Part shown: in pieces, positions 54,396-62,569 of the stretch
Numbering within the stretch: the stretch's first letter is position 1
Layout of the letters: each line of letters opens with the position of its first letter
IMG/VR virus record: IMGVR_UViG_3300042863_002274
Length of the DNA: 64,000 nt
Direction: 5' to 3' (one strand)
DNA from: a virus
Translations under genes and position numbers: made by a program
The notes under the pieces: generated by a model
What the model was told of the DNA's origin: nothing
What the model saw: only the letters and a program-made list of their open reading frames with translations
The model's database searches: none

Positions 54396-55217
54396 ATGAC
54401 TAATCCATTTGATGACATCGAAAAAACGTTTGAAGAACTTCAGGGCTTATCTGACCAAATAGAGGTAGAACTAGCCCTTGAGCAAATAGCTAACCAGTCC
54501 ATGATTGAGCTGAAGCATATTGAAATGCACCCAATATTCGATGAATATTACGGTTCTTTTGTTTTCCAAGAAGTACTAGTCAAAGGTTCAAAAAAACCAG
54601 TACTTAAAGACCCAAAGGGTGGCCTGACTGCTGCCGGACGAGCTTACTTCAAAAGAAAAGAAGGAGCTAGCTTGAAGCCAGGAGTAAAGGGGGCTGCCGA
54701 TACTCCTGAAAAGATGAGAAGAAAAGGTTCTTTCTTGACTCGTTTCTTCACAAACCCATCAGGCCCTATGAAAGACGAAAAGGGCAGAGCAACTAGATTG
54801 GCTCTATCGGCTGCAGCCTGGGGCGAACCAGTACCTCAAAATATCGAAGACGCCAAAAAGCTTGCAGCAAAAGGAAGAAGAATGCTGGAAAGATACCAGA
54901 ATTCTAAATCTAAGAAATCACATTTTTCTTACGACTACTTTAATAAGTTTTCGCCAGATAGTTATAACGAATTTATTAATTCAGAAGAACTTAAAGGACT
55001 TATCCCTCCTGATGGAATGTTGTTCTTAAATGAATCCATGTCCGAAGAGCAGCAAGCGATACGCGCATCTCTTCGGAGAAGTGTCTCCGAACTAGCGCCT
55101 TCGTCCAAAACCGCATCACAGTCTTATATTTCAGAAGATTCAGAAGAACTAAAAAGAATGTCTAAGGCAGCAAAAATGATGAAACAGCGTCGTAAGGCTA
55201 AGCAAAAAAATGGCTGA
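54396..55217 (+). CDS. Hypothetical phage protein (KDPKGGLTAAGR...RRKGSF motif)
   Basis: 273 aa; basic motif of a kind seen in phage head regions. Confidence 0.65.
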   Translation: MTNPFDDIEKTFEELQGLSDQIEVELALEQIANQSMIELKHIEMHPIFDEYYGSFVFQEVLVKGSKKPVLKDPKGGLTAAGRAYFKRKEGASLKPGVKGAADTPEKMRRKGSFLTRFFTNPSGPMKDEKGRATRLALSAAAWGEPVPQNIEDAKKLAAKGRRMLERYQNSKSKKSHFSYDYFNKFSPDSYNEFINSEELKGLIPPDGMLFLNESMSEEQQAIRASLRRSVSELAPSSKTASQSYISEDSEELKRMSKAAKMMKQRRKAKQKNG

Positions 55218-55611
55218 GCAATACTGGTACACAGCAAAAGTACTCAAGGTAATAGACGGAGACACTCTCGACGTCATGATAGACCTAGGGTTCAGTATTC
55301 ACCACAAAGCCAGAGTGAGGCTCTATGGAGTAAACACTCCAGAATCCCGTACAAAGGATTTGGCTGAAAAGGAAATGGGTCTAAAGGCAAAGAGTTTTAC
55401 TTCAGACTGGACAACACGGCACTCTATTGTCTTTTTAAAGACAATCGCCGGCAAGGATGACAAGTACGGAAGAGTCTTGGCTCAAATATATTCCGACAAG
55501 GACGTCAAGTCCGAATTAACTGCATGCCTTAATCAGGACATAGTTTCATCGGGCTACGCTCGTGAGTACTACGGCCAAGGGGATAAAACTTGGGAAGAAT
55601 TTAAAAAATGA
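55210..55611 (+). CDS. Thermonuclease (SNase-like)
   Basis: KVIDGDT, RVRLYGVNTPE and DKYGRVLA. Confidence 0.9.
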   Translation: MAEQYWYTAKVLKVIDGDTLDVMIDLGFSIHHKARVRLYGVNTPESRTKDLAEKEMGLKAKSFTSDWTTRHSIVFLKTIAGKDDKYGRVLAQIYSDKDVKSELTACLNQDIVSSGYAREYYGQGDKTWEEFKK

Positions 55612-56066
55612 ACGACAATACATGGGGTTCCTATAAAGGACCCATAAAAGGCCTTCGCATAGAAGTGAAAGCAGACGAATCCGCTAAATGCCCTACGGCA
55701 ACAAAAGACGTTTCGGTAAACCTGCTTAATCGCAAAAAGGCAATCGCTGTTGCTGACTACGGCCCGCTTAATCCAGAAGAGAAAAACGAAGAGTTCTGGT
55801 CCAAGCTTGCCGACGAGTGGGAAGTAAGCACCGAAGAGGCTAAGAAACAGAAATGCGGCAATTGCGCAGTTTTTATTGTCACCCCACAAATGAAGTCATG
55901 CATACAAGGCGGACTTGTCGGAGACGATAGAAAAGACGAATGGGAAGCAATAGACGAAGCTGGTGAACTAGGATACTGTGAAGCATTCGACTTTAAGTGC
56001 GCTTCTAAGAGAACTTGTCGCGCCTGGGTCACCGGAGGACCAATACGTGAAGAAAAAGATAAATAA
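55608..56066 (+). CDS. Cys-rich hypothetical protein
   Basis: CPTAT, CGNC, GYC..FDFKCASKRTCRAW. Confidence 0.7.
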   Translation: MNDNTWGSYKGPIKGLRIEVKADESAKCPTATKDVSVNLLNRKKAIAVADYGPLNPEEKNEEFWSKLADEWEVSTEEAKKQKCGNCAVFIVTPQMKSCIQGGLVGDDRKDEWEAIDEAGELGYCEAFDFKCASKRTCRAWVTGGPIREEKDK

Positions 56067-56144
56067 CGTCATTAACTGGCTAGCGGCAATTGTTTCAGCC
56101 GTTGTTGTGGCAAGAACAGCTATAAAGATGAAAAAAGCAGTGAG

Positions 56145-56528
56145 TCACCCCAACCCTGAAATGTGGGAATGAATTTCGTGCTCGTCGCAAGACGTATAAC
56201 GCATTCCTGATGTCTCCACCTTGCGTGGATATCCTGGTTCACCGCATTTCTCACATACGCTGAAAGAATCCTGCTCGATAGTAAGAATCAGTGAATTGAC
56301 TTTACTATATTCTTCCATGTTTGAAAGATTGAAGTAAAAACGTAGTCCACCAAACTTTTCTTTTATTTGCACAATCGTGTAATTCGGGTCCTGCGTAAAT
56401 AAAACAGTATCGCATTTCCTTATTAATTCCGCCCAGCCATAACCACAGTCAATGGTTGCCGGTATGCCGTCAGCAAAACGGTCAAGGATGTTTTGGAAAT
56501 CCGGGTCTGAACCTATGTTGATATTCAT
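56145..56528 (-). CDS. Hypothetical phage protein with Zn-finger-like C-terminus
   Basis: QIKEKFGGLRFY...CEKCG...CDEH; TAGGAT-N6-ATG. Confidence 0.75.
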   Translation of the reverse strand: MNINIGSDPDFQNILDRFADGIPATIDCGYGWAELIRKCDTVLFTQDPNYTIVQIKEKFGGLRFYFNLSNMEEYSKVNSLILTIEQDSFSVCEKCGEPGYPRKVETSGMRYTSCDEHEIHSHISGLG

Positions 56529-56548
56529 GGCTAAATCCTATACTCGTT

Positions 56549-56564
56549 GCGCGTCGGGCAGGGC
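56549..56564 (-). pseudogene. 3' remnant of disrupted tRNA-Arg
   Basis: GCCCTGC-CCGACGC-GC; CCGACGC pairs perfectly with GCGTCGG at 57149-57155. Confidence 0.75.
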
Positions 56565-56581
56565 TTAGGCTTTGTAAGATT

Positions 56582-56656
56582 TGGTGCCCCATGAGAGAAT
56601 CGAACTCCCGTAAAATGCTTAGAAGGCATTGACTTTATCCACTAAGTTAATGGGGC
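56582..56656 (-). tRNA. tRNA-Arg(UCU), intact, CCA encoded
   Basis: GCCCCAT/ATGGGGC acceptor stem; AATGC-CTTCTAA-GCATT anticodon arm; GGGAG-TTCGATT-CTCTC T arm; ACCA. Confidence 0.93.
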
Positions 56657-57076
56657 CCGATATGAGTGCTTTGCCCAGTTAAATTGTTGTGCCGTTCTAA
56701 TTTTATGACAATTTGCACATACAATATCGCATTTTTTAATTTCTTCGTATGCCGCTTTGTCTCTTCCAGTATTTACCAAGTGAGACACATTGTACTCTTT
56801 TTCCCCACGATGGTCAAATTCTAAAACACGGATATCACTATTTCCGCAGTCCATACATGATTTATCTGCTAACCATTCAATGAATTCTTTTTGAATCCTT
56901 AATTTTCTATCGTACGCTTTGTCGATATAGTATTTTTTATTTTCTTCATAATGCGTCTTAAAATAAACCTTCCTACACTCCCTACAGGAGCTTTGTAACC
57001 CATCTTTTTTTCCTACATTTTTAGCAAAACAATTTTTAGGTTTTACGGTTTTGCACGATGGGCATTCTTTGGTCAT
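56642..57076 (-). CDS. HNH endonuclease inserted in tRNA locus
   Basis: CPSC..CREC, CMDCG, LEFDH and CDIVCANCH; TACAAT-N6-ATG at 57076; visibly AT-rich. Confidence 0.88.
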   Translation of the reverse strand: MTKECPSCKTVKPKNCFAKNVGKKDGLQSSCRECRKVYFKTHYEENKKYYIDKAYDRKLRIQKEFIEWLADKSCMDCGNSDIRVLEFDHRGEKEYNVSHLVNTGRDKAAYEEIKKCDIVCANCHKIRTAQQFNWAKHSYRAPLT

Positions 57077-57117
57077 ATTTAAATTGTACACATTTGGGAT
57101 TCTGACCATTGTTACTT

Positions 57118-57155
57118 TTAGAAGTCTGTTGCCTTATCCCTTGGGCCACCGACGC
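57118..57155 (-). pseudogene. 5' half of disrupted tRNA-Arg(UCU)
   Basis: GCGTCGG-TG-GCCCAAGGGATAAGGC-A-ACAGA-CT-TCT-AA, then tRNA similarity stops. Confidence 0.85.
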
Positions 57156-57724
57156 TAGAGGGTTGGTTTGTTCTTGCGAGAATGATACAGGTTTCTCTTT
57201 TGTTCGTTCAGTTTGTCCCGGTTCACGCGGTTGTACTCCTTCATGGACTCAATGTTTTTCCCTTTCCTTTTTAAGTCATTGATTCGTTTGCATTCCCTGC
57301 AGACCCTATATTCTTCACCAATTTGCCTGCCCTGTTTCTTTACATATACAAGAGGTTCGAACTCCTCAAAAGAATGACCCTTTTTACAGTGAGTCTGTTT
57401 TTTCGTCTGAGGGGGATTTCTTCCTTTTTTGAACATGTCCTTCATGTTTCCTGAATTTGTATCTAGAAAAAGATGTTCGGGGTTAACGCACGGCGGGTTG
57501 TCGCAATGGTGGCAGACAAGTAGGCCCTTTGGTACTTCACCTATATGAAAAAGGTAGCTTGAAACATGAGCCCCAATCGCCGGCCTGTCTTGGTAGTACT
57601 TGAACGAACCATACCCCTTACTCGTTGGTGCGCCAGTCCAAATCCAGCAATCTGGAAATTTATCGTTACCAGACTTATCGACCTTCTGAAAAAATCTTTC
57701 AATGAGAGGCATATTCTTAGCCAT
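57155..57724 (-). CDS. HNH homing endonuclease
   Basis: CWIWTG..GYG, VCHHCDNPPCVNPEHL..NMKD and THCKKGH; start MAKNM at 57724. Confidence 0.9.
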   Translation of the reverse strand: MAKNMPLIERFFQKVDKSGNDKFPDCWIWTGAPTSKGYGSFKYYQDRPAIGAHVSSYLFHIGEVPKGLLVCHHCDNPPCVNPEHLFLDTNSGNMKDMFKKGRNPPQTKKQTHCKKGHSFEEFEPLVYVKKQGRQIGEEYRVCRECKRINDLKRKGKNIESMKEYNRVNRDKLNEQKRNLYHSRKNKPTL

Positions 57725-58349
57725 TTTTTTTCTTTTCGTTTCTAATTCGCATACACTCCGCGCACGTCCGATACTTTCGCCCACTTTTTTTCACGAACCA
57801 CTTCTCCCCATAAACACTAAAGTCATGACCTTTTCTACAGTGGTTTAGTTTTTTAGGCTCTATTCCCTTTTCCTCGCGTCTGCGCGCAAGTCGCTCTTTC
57901 TTCCATCTTTTGTGACAAGCCTTACAATCCCGTGTGACAAAACCGGTATGTTTGCTGATTCTGTGGATTGTGTTTTCCTCATCATAGAGATGACCGTGTT
58001 TGCAGTGCGTCTTTCTGCTCTCTTTATGATTCCCGTGCGTAACCGAATAGCGCTGATTGTGAGAACGGGTCTCAGCTTCTAAATGGTCCGGACGAACACA
58101 TGGAGGGTTGTTACATGTATGGCAAACTTCGCGCCCTTCTGGGACTCGCTTGCCATTTGCTTTTTGCCAGCTATAAACATGGGCACCAAGTTTCTTGTTT
58201 ACCCCATCTTGCTTGATTGCAAAGTGACCATATTTTTTCACAACATAGCCAGTCCATTCCCAACAGTCTGGATAATCTGGATTAGGTCCAGATTTGTCTA
58301 CCTTCTCCCAGAAACGTTCTTCTTCTGGTATTGGTTTTCTTCCTGCCAT
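57717..58349 (-). CDS. HNH homing endonuclease
   Basis: CWEWTG, VCHTCNNPPCVRPDHL and two HCxxGH..CxxC repeats. Confidence 0.9.
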   Translation of the reverse strand: MAGRKPIPEEERFWEKVDKSGPNPDYPDCWEWTGYVVKKYGHFAIKQDGVNKKLGAHVYSWQKANGKRVPEGREVCHTCNNPPCVRPDHLEAETRSHNQRYSVTHGNHKESRKTHCKHGHLYDEENTIHRISKHTGFVTRDCKACHKRWKKERLARRREEKGIEPKKLNHCRKGHDFSVYGEKWFVKKSGRKYRTCAECMRIRNEKKKNG

Positions 58350-58353
58350 GTGT

Positions 58354-60279
58354 CTACTTTACTGGGCAGGCTCCTGTTGCGCAATCTTCCATGTCAATTT
58401 CTCCGTCAAACTTTGACTGAACAAGTGGAATAGTGAAATCAATCTTTGCGACAGTCTTTTCATATTCTTCTTTTGTAATTTCCTCGTATGGAGGAAGAAC
58501 GAAGTTATGGTCTGTGTGAAGAAGGAATGAAACAGACTTAACGCTGTCGTTGTAATTCTTTGAAAGCCATTGCTTGATTTCTTCAAGTTCTTCTTTTCTG
58601 TAATACACAGTTACCGAGACGGCATTGTCTGCCCATTCTGTCTGAAGCTTCTTGACCCACTCCAATTGCTGAACTGCTGTCATTTCGCTGACCAAAATTG
58701 ACCCCTGCGGTGATTCACAAGGGAACTCAACAACATAACGGGTGTGGTCTTCTCGTCCATCGATGCCAATATCCCAGACGACCTTGTAACCCCTCTTGCG
58801 ACAGGCTTCTACGAGCGGGTCGTTCGAGCCAAAACGGACCCTACGGGTGTAATAGGCTGCAAAGGCCGGATGTATGCCCGGAGTGACTCCAGGGAGCAGA
58901 GAGAGCGTCCCAGAGGGCTGTACGGTGGTAAGACGGATGGACTTCGGAAAGCCTTTTTCTGCTGAGTACTCGGCGTCAAGGTCACGAAGGTAGTCGTATG
59001 TCGTGGAGAGCCAAGAAACCTGCTGTTCGGAGGCTTGAAGCACTCCTGTGACGCTTTGTCCAATTCTGGCGTTCTTGCGAACAATCTTGGTTGTCTTTTC
59101 AAACGGGTAAGAAAGTCGTGTTATCTGCTTTTGTGTCATATAAAGAAGACGAGAGATAGACATCAACTGTTTTACGGACTCTACGTTCGGCAGGAAGATT
59201 GTGGACAAGTTGCACGACTCTCCATCTGCTAGGCCAATTTCAGCGCATGGATTAAAGCCTTCAATTGAGTTGTCAACGTTCTTTTCGCCAAGTCGACCAA
59301 CGGCTCTTGCAAGCTTTCTGTTAAGGAATCCGTATGGTTCGCCAGAACCGTCGTAACCCTTCCAAATCTCAGCAGGAATCTCGTCCCAACCATCGGCATA
59401 GATAGAGTTGTTGCTGTTTGCTCGCCATGCAGGAATGTTTCCACTTCCCCAGTTCTTGGCACGCTGGAAAAGAACGTCGTCAGGGTCACCTGCGGCTATT
59501 TGCGCCGACCGACGCGACGAGCCGGAAACAACAACGCGACCAATAATGTTACAAATATCCAAAACATCGATAGACCGAAGCTTCTTTCCTACTCTGTTTT
59601 CCAGAACCTTGCAGATATCCTCCACGCCCTCAATAAGAGCGCCAGGACCCGATGCGGTTCCGCCCATCTTGCTCAACTTTGCTCCGTACTCTCGTACAAG
59701 AATTGTTGAATAAGTAAAAGACTTACCAGTATCAAAGTATGACTTCAATACGGCATGTAGTAGACGGCTCCAGCCCTCTCGTGAGTCTGGAACAATAATA
59801 TTTGCATCGTTTGTTCTTTCGTGCGAGATAACAACGCCAGATTTGACCTTTGGAAGGTCGTGAATCTTTGAACGCTCTACTGAAAAACCAACTCCGCCGC
59901 CAAGCATCAAGTAATTGAAAAGAAACTCAAAGTCATCTATCTTTTCAATGTTTGTGAAGTAGCAGTTGTTCAAGGATGCTCCGCCAAAAGATTCAACCAT
60001 TGGGGTTCCAAGCTGCCAAAGCGCCCTACCGCTTACTGAGCACCTCAAGTGATACATGTGGTCAAAAAGTTCTTCGGCTTCTTCTCTAGTGTAAGGAACG
60101 CCGATAGCAACTGCTCCATTGACAACTCGCTGAATTGTTTCAGCCCATGTTTCTATGTTTCCATTCTCTTTCAAGCGACCATAGGTGCGCAAAAAAACGA
60201 TTTCTCCCATTCCGTTAAAGCCCCAAGGGACTTGCTTGTTCGCGTATGAAGCAATAAATTCATCGTCAATGAGGTTCAT
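58354..60279 (-). CDS. nrdJ: Class II (B12-dependent) ribonucleotide reductase
   Basis: SLNNC, GGGVGFS, NPCAEI, ESCNL, TTVQPSGT and C-terminal CATGACP; monomeric RTPR-type size; no small subunit adjacent. Confidence 0.92.
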   Translation of the reverse strand: MNLIDDEFIASYANKQVPWGFNGMGEIVFLRTYGRLKENGNIETWAETIQRVVNGAVAIGVPYTREEAEELFDHMYHLRCSVSGRALWQLGTPMVESFGGASLNNCYFTNIEKIDDFEFLFNYLMLGGGVGFSVERSKIHDLPKVKSGVVISHERTNDANIIVPDSREGWSRLLHAVLKSYFDTGKSFTYSTILVREYGAKLSKMGGTASGPGALIEGVEDICKVLENRVGKKLRSIDVLDICNIIGRVVVSGSSRRSAQIAAGDPDDVLFQRAKNWGSGNIPAWRANSNNSIYADGWDEIPAEIWKGYDGSGEPYGFLNRKLARAVGRLGEKNVDNSIEGFNPCAEIGLADGESCNLSTIFLPNVESVKQLMSISRLLYMTQKQITRLSYPFEKTTKIVRKNARIGQSVTGVLQASEQQVSWLSTTYDYLRDLDAEYSAEKGFPKSIRLTTVQPSGTLSLLPGVTPGIHPAFAAYYTRRVRFGSNDPLVEACRKRGYKVVWDIGIDGREDHTRYVVEFPCESPQGSILVSEMTAVQQLEWVKKLQTEWADNAVSVTVYYRKEELEEIKQWLSKNYNDSVKSVSFLLHTDHNFVLPPYEEITKEEYEKTVAKIDFTIPLVQSKFDGEIDMEDCATGACPVK

Positions 60280-60368
60280 AATTTCCTGTCAGGTAGGTCA
60301 CTTAATAACTGTGAGTAAATGAGTGTAGCGCAAAAACGAATAAAGAAAAAGTCGAGAGACGATGAAAT

Positions 60369-60698
60369 TTATTTTATGAAACCGTATTCTTTTGCGGTGG
60401 TCAAAGGAATGTTTTTTCCCTTTTTAAAGACAAGAATCTTCGTAATTATGCCGGGTGCAATTTCACGTTCTTCAAAATAATCTTCTTCAATATAAAAAGT
60501 TAACGAGTTGTCTAACGAAGATGAAGTGTTGTATCCCCATATTGTCTCCGGAGCGGGAGTATCTCCTACGCAGTCCCCAGTAGGGTGACCACAGACCGGA
60601 CATGGTTGTCTGTCTGCCCTGTGGATATCTATTCCGGAGGAGTCGTTTCTAAAGAGCGATGATTCGCCAAATCCAGCGCTGTTATAAAATTCAGACAT
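60369..60698 (-). CDS. Hypothetical protein with CPVCGH motif
   Basis: 109 aa; TAAACT-N6-ATG. Confidence 0.7.
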   Translation of the reverse strand: MSEFYNSAGFGESSLFRNDSSGIDIHRADRQPCPVCGHPTGDCVGDTPAPETIWGYNTSSSLDNSLTFYIEEDYFEEREIAPGIITKILVFKKGKNIPLTTAKEYGFIK

Positions 60699-60711
60699 AA
60701 TATAAGTTTAC

Positions 60712-61350
60712 TTAAATTAATCTCTGCATTATAAAACCTAGGTCGGAAATCTTAGATGTTGCTGTGGTTAGATTGTCTCCAATGACGGAATCGTCTGGGT
60801 CCATCTGCAAAACCCTGCGGAGCATGGTCGGGTACTTGGTCTGGCGAGTGTATTCGTCGGCTTTTTCTGGATAAACCAACACCTCTTTCCAGCTCACTTT
60901 TCTGCCTACTTCAATCTTGTACGGCGCTGCAACCATTGAAACGGGAGAAACGTGGTCAGTATCTTCATCAATGGACGTGTGGCTAACGGTTATGCATTCG
61001 TAAACCGGGAGACTTTGGTCAGCAAAAGCGGTGGCAAGGTCCATGTTCTTGGTCTTATAAGAGTCCAGGGAGCAATATCCTTCTGAAACCATAGTTATCG
61101 CAGTTGACCACATGTCCGTCCTGAGGACTTTGCATAACTCTTTACATCTATTAAATCTAGTTTCAGGGTCAAGCTTGCCAGTTTCCCCATTCATTTGGCA
61201 AATCGCTATGAGGGTGTTATCTAGCCATGCTAAAAAATGAATCGAGAGCTCTTCTCCTAGTCCATGTTCACTGACTGCTTCATCCTTGGCCATTTGGGCC
61301 GAGGTCAATGCCAGTGCCATTTTACTAAAATCATTTACATATTGCTCCAC
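60712..61350 (-). CDS. Hypothetical protein
   Basis: 212 aa; TAAGAT-N6-GTG. Confidence 0.7.
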   Translation of the reverse strand: MEQYVNDFSKMALALTSAQMAKDEAVSEHGLGEELSIHFLAWLDNTLIAICQMNGETGKLDPETRFNRCKELCKVLRTDMWSTAITMVSEGYCSLDSYKTKNMDLATAFADQSLPVYECITVSHTSIDEDTDHVSPVSMVAAPYKIEVGRKVSWKEVLVYPEKADEYTRQTKYPTMLRRVLQMDPDDSVIGDNLTTATSKISDLGFIMQRLI

Positions 61351-61442
61351 GAAAAAATCTTAGTCAATGACCCCCGGAATCCGGGTAAACAAATAAAGTT
61401 GTTTTACCCTGTACGACATACCCGTACGCTATTGTTTTAGCC

Positions 61443-61769
61443 ATGAGCGATAGCAAGAAAAAAACATCATCAAAAAAAGCACCAGTCAAGAAGGCTGTAG
61501 CCAAGAAAAAGGCTCCGGCCAAGAAGGCTCCCGCTAAGAAAGCTGCGGCTCCAAAGAAGAAGAGCGTTAAGCCTGCCGTTGAAGCAGCAGCAATTCATGA
61601 AGCATTGCACGAATTGGAAACGATTAAAATTAATTTTGTTGATGGAACATCTGAATTCAAAGATTTCATTTCATCCACTACAAACGAGATTAAAGACCTT
61701 GTGAAAAAGGAAGCCCCTGCTCGCGTTGGCACCCTGAAGAGAATCTTCTCAAAACTGTTTAAGCGTTAG
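61443..61769 (+). CDS. Histone H1-like K/A/P-rich protein
   Basis: KKAPVKKAVAKKKAPAKKAPAKKAAAPKKK. Confidence 0.75.
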   Translation: MSDSKKKTSSKKAPVKKAVAKKKAPAKKAPAKKAAAPKKKSVKPAVEAAAIHEALHELETIKINFVDGTSEFKDFISSTTNEIKDLVKKEAPARVGTLKRIFSKLFKR

Positions 61770-61796
61770 TCTTTCCGAGAGGAAAGCTTCGCCCAA

Positions 61797-62207
61797 ATGA
61801 CAACAGAACGACGAAAAGCCCCACGTAGGGCCATTGTTTCTATTGAAAAAATAGGAGCATGGGGACAACTAACGTATCAGCACAAGCTTTCTTGTGGTCA
61901 TATTGATGTTAGAAAACGCAAAGCTTCATCGAGTGATATTGCGTGCATGTGGTGCTTGCGCGCTAAAGAAAAACAAGTAGAGCTCAAGTCTTTTACCGCA
62001 CCTTCTCCTTCAAACGTTTTTTACGATGACGATTTAGCAGAACAAGAAACTCGGATAGAAAAAACCAGAGCAGCGATTGCTTCTAGAATAGGTGTTCCAA
62101 TGGAAGCAGTAGATGTTGCTTCAGAAGATATCAATGGTCAACTTGTGATTCGCAGCGCAGTCGTGTATCTTTCATCACGCGATGTAATCCGTATCGCAGG
62201 AGAATAA
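61797..62207 (+). CDS. Hypothetical Zn-binding protein
   Basis: LSCGH...CMWC. Confidence 0.7.
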   Translation: MTTERRKAPRRAIVSIEKIGAWGQLTYQHKLSCGHIDVRKRKASSSDIACMWCLRAKEKQVELKSFTAPSPSNVFYDDDLAEQETRIEKTRAAIASRIGVPMEAVDVASEDINGQLVIRSAVVYLSSRDVIRIAGE

Positions 62208-62237
62208 TTTCGCTTCACGGCAAGACAGGGTTTACTA

Positions 62238-62561
62238 GTGAACAATATTGAACGTATAGACAGTATTCCCGAAGGTGGTAGTTGCACCGGAAAAGACCTC
62301 AATATGTGGTTTCCCATGGCGGACAAATCTCAGCCAGGAAAATTCTCAGACAATTATCGCAAAGCAAAAAAAGATGCTGTGCTCGCGAAGAGCATTTGCA
62401 AAGATTGTTCCGTTCGTTTAGAGTGTTTGTCTTACGGCTTGTATCACGAATCTTTTGGTATATGGGGTGGAGCGTCAGAACGTGAGAGGCATCAAATGAG
62501 AAGAAAACTAAACATCATTATGATTCCTAAAGTCCCCGTCAACCTACTCCTGCCTCGGTGA
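62238..62561 (+). CDS. whiB: WhiB-family transcription factor
   Basis: Four conserved Cys (C..AKSICKDC..C) and GIWGG turn. Confidence 0.93.
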   Translation: MNNIERIDSIPEGGSCTGKDLNMWFPMADKSQPGKFSDNYRKAKKDAVLAKSICKDCSVRLECLSYGLYHESFGIWGGASERERHQMRRKLNIIMIPKVPVNLLLPR

Positions 62562-62569
62562 CCATCTAG

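Noticed and set aside
56549-57155. Group I intron in the tRNA anticodon loop
   Set aside because: The 3' exon lacks the 3' anticodon stem and the 5' T arm, so splicing could not restore a tRNA; there is little non-coding room for a ribozyme core, and the insert contains a whole tRNA
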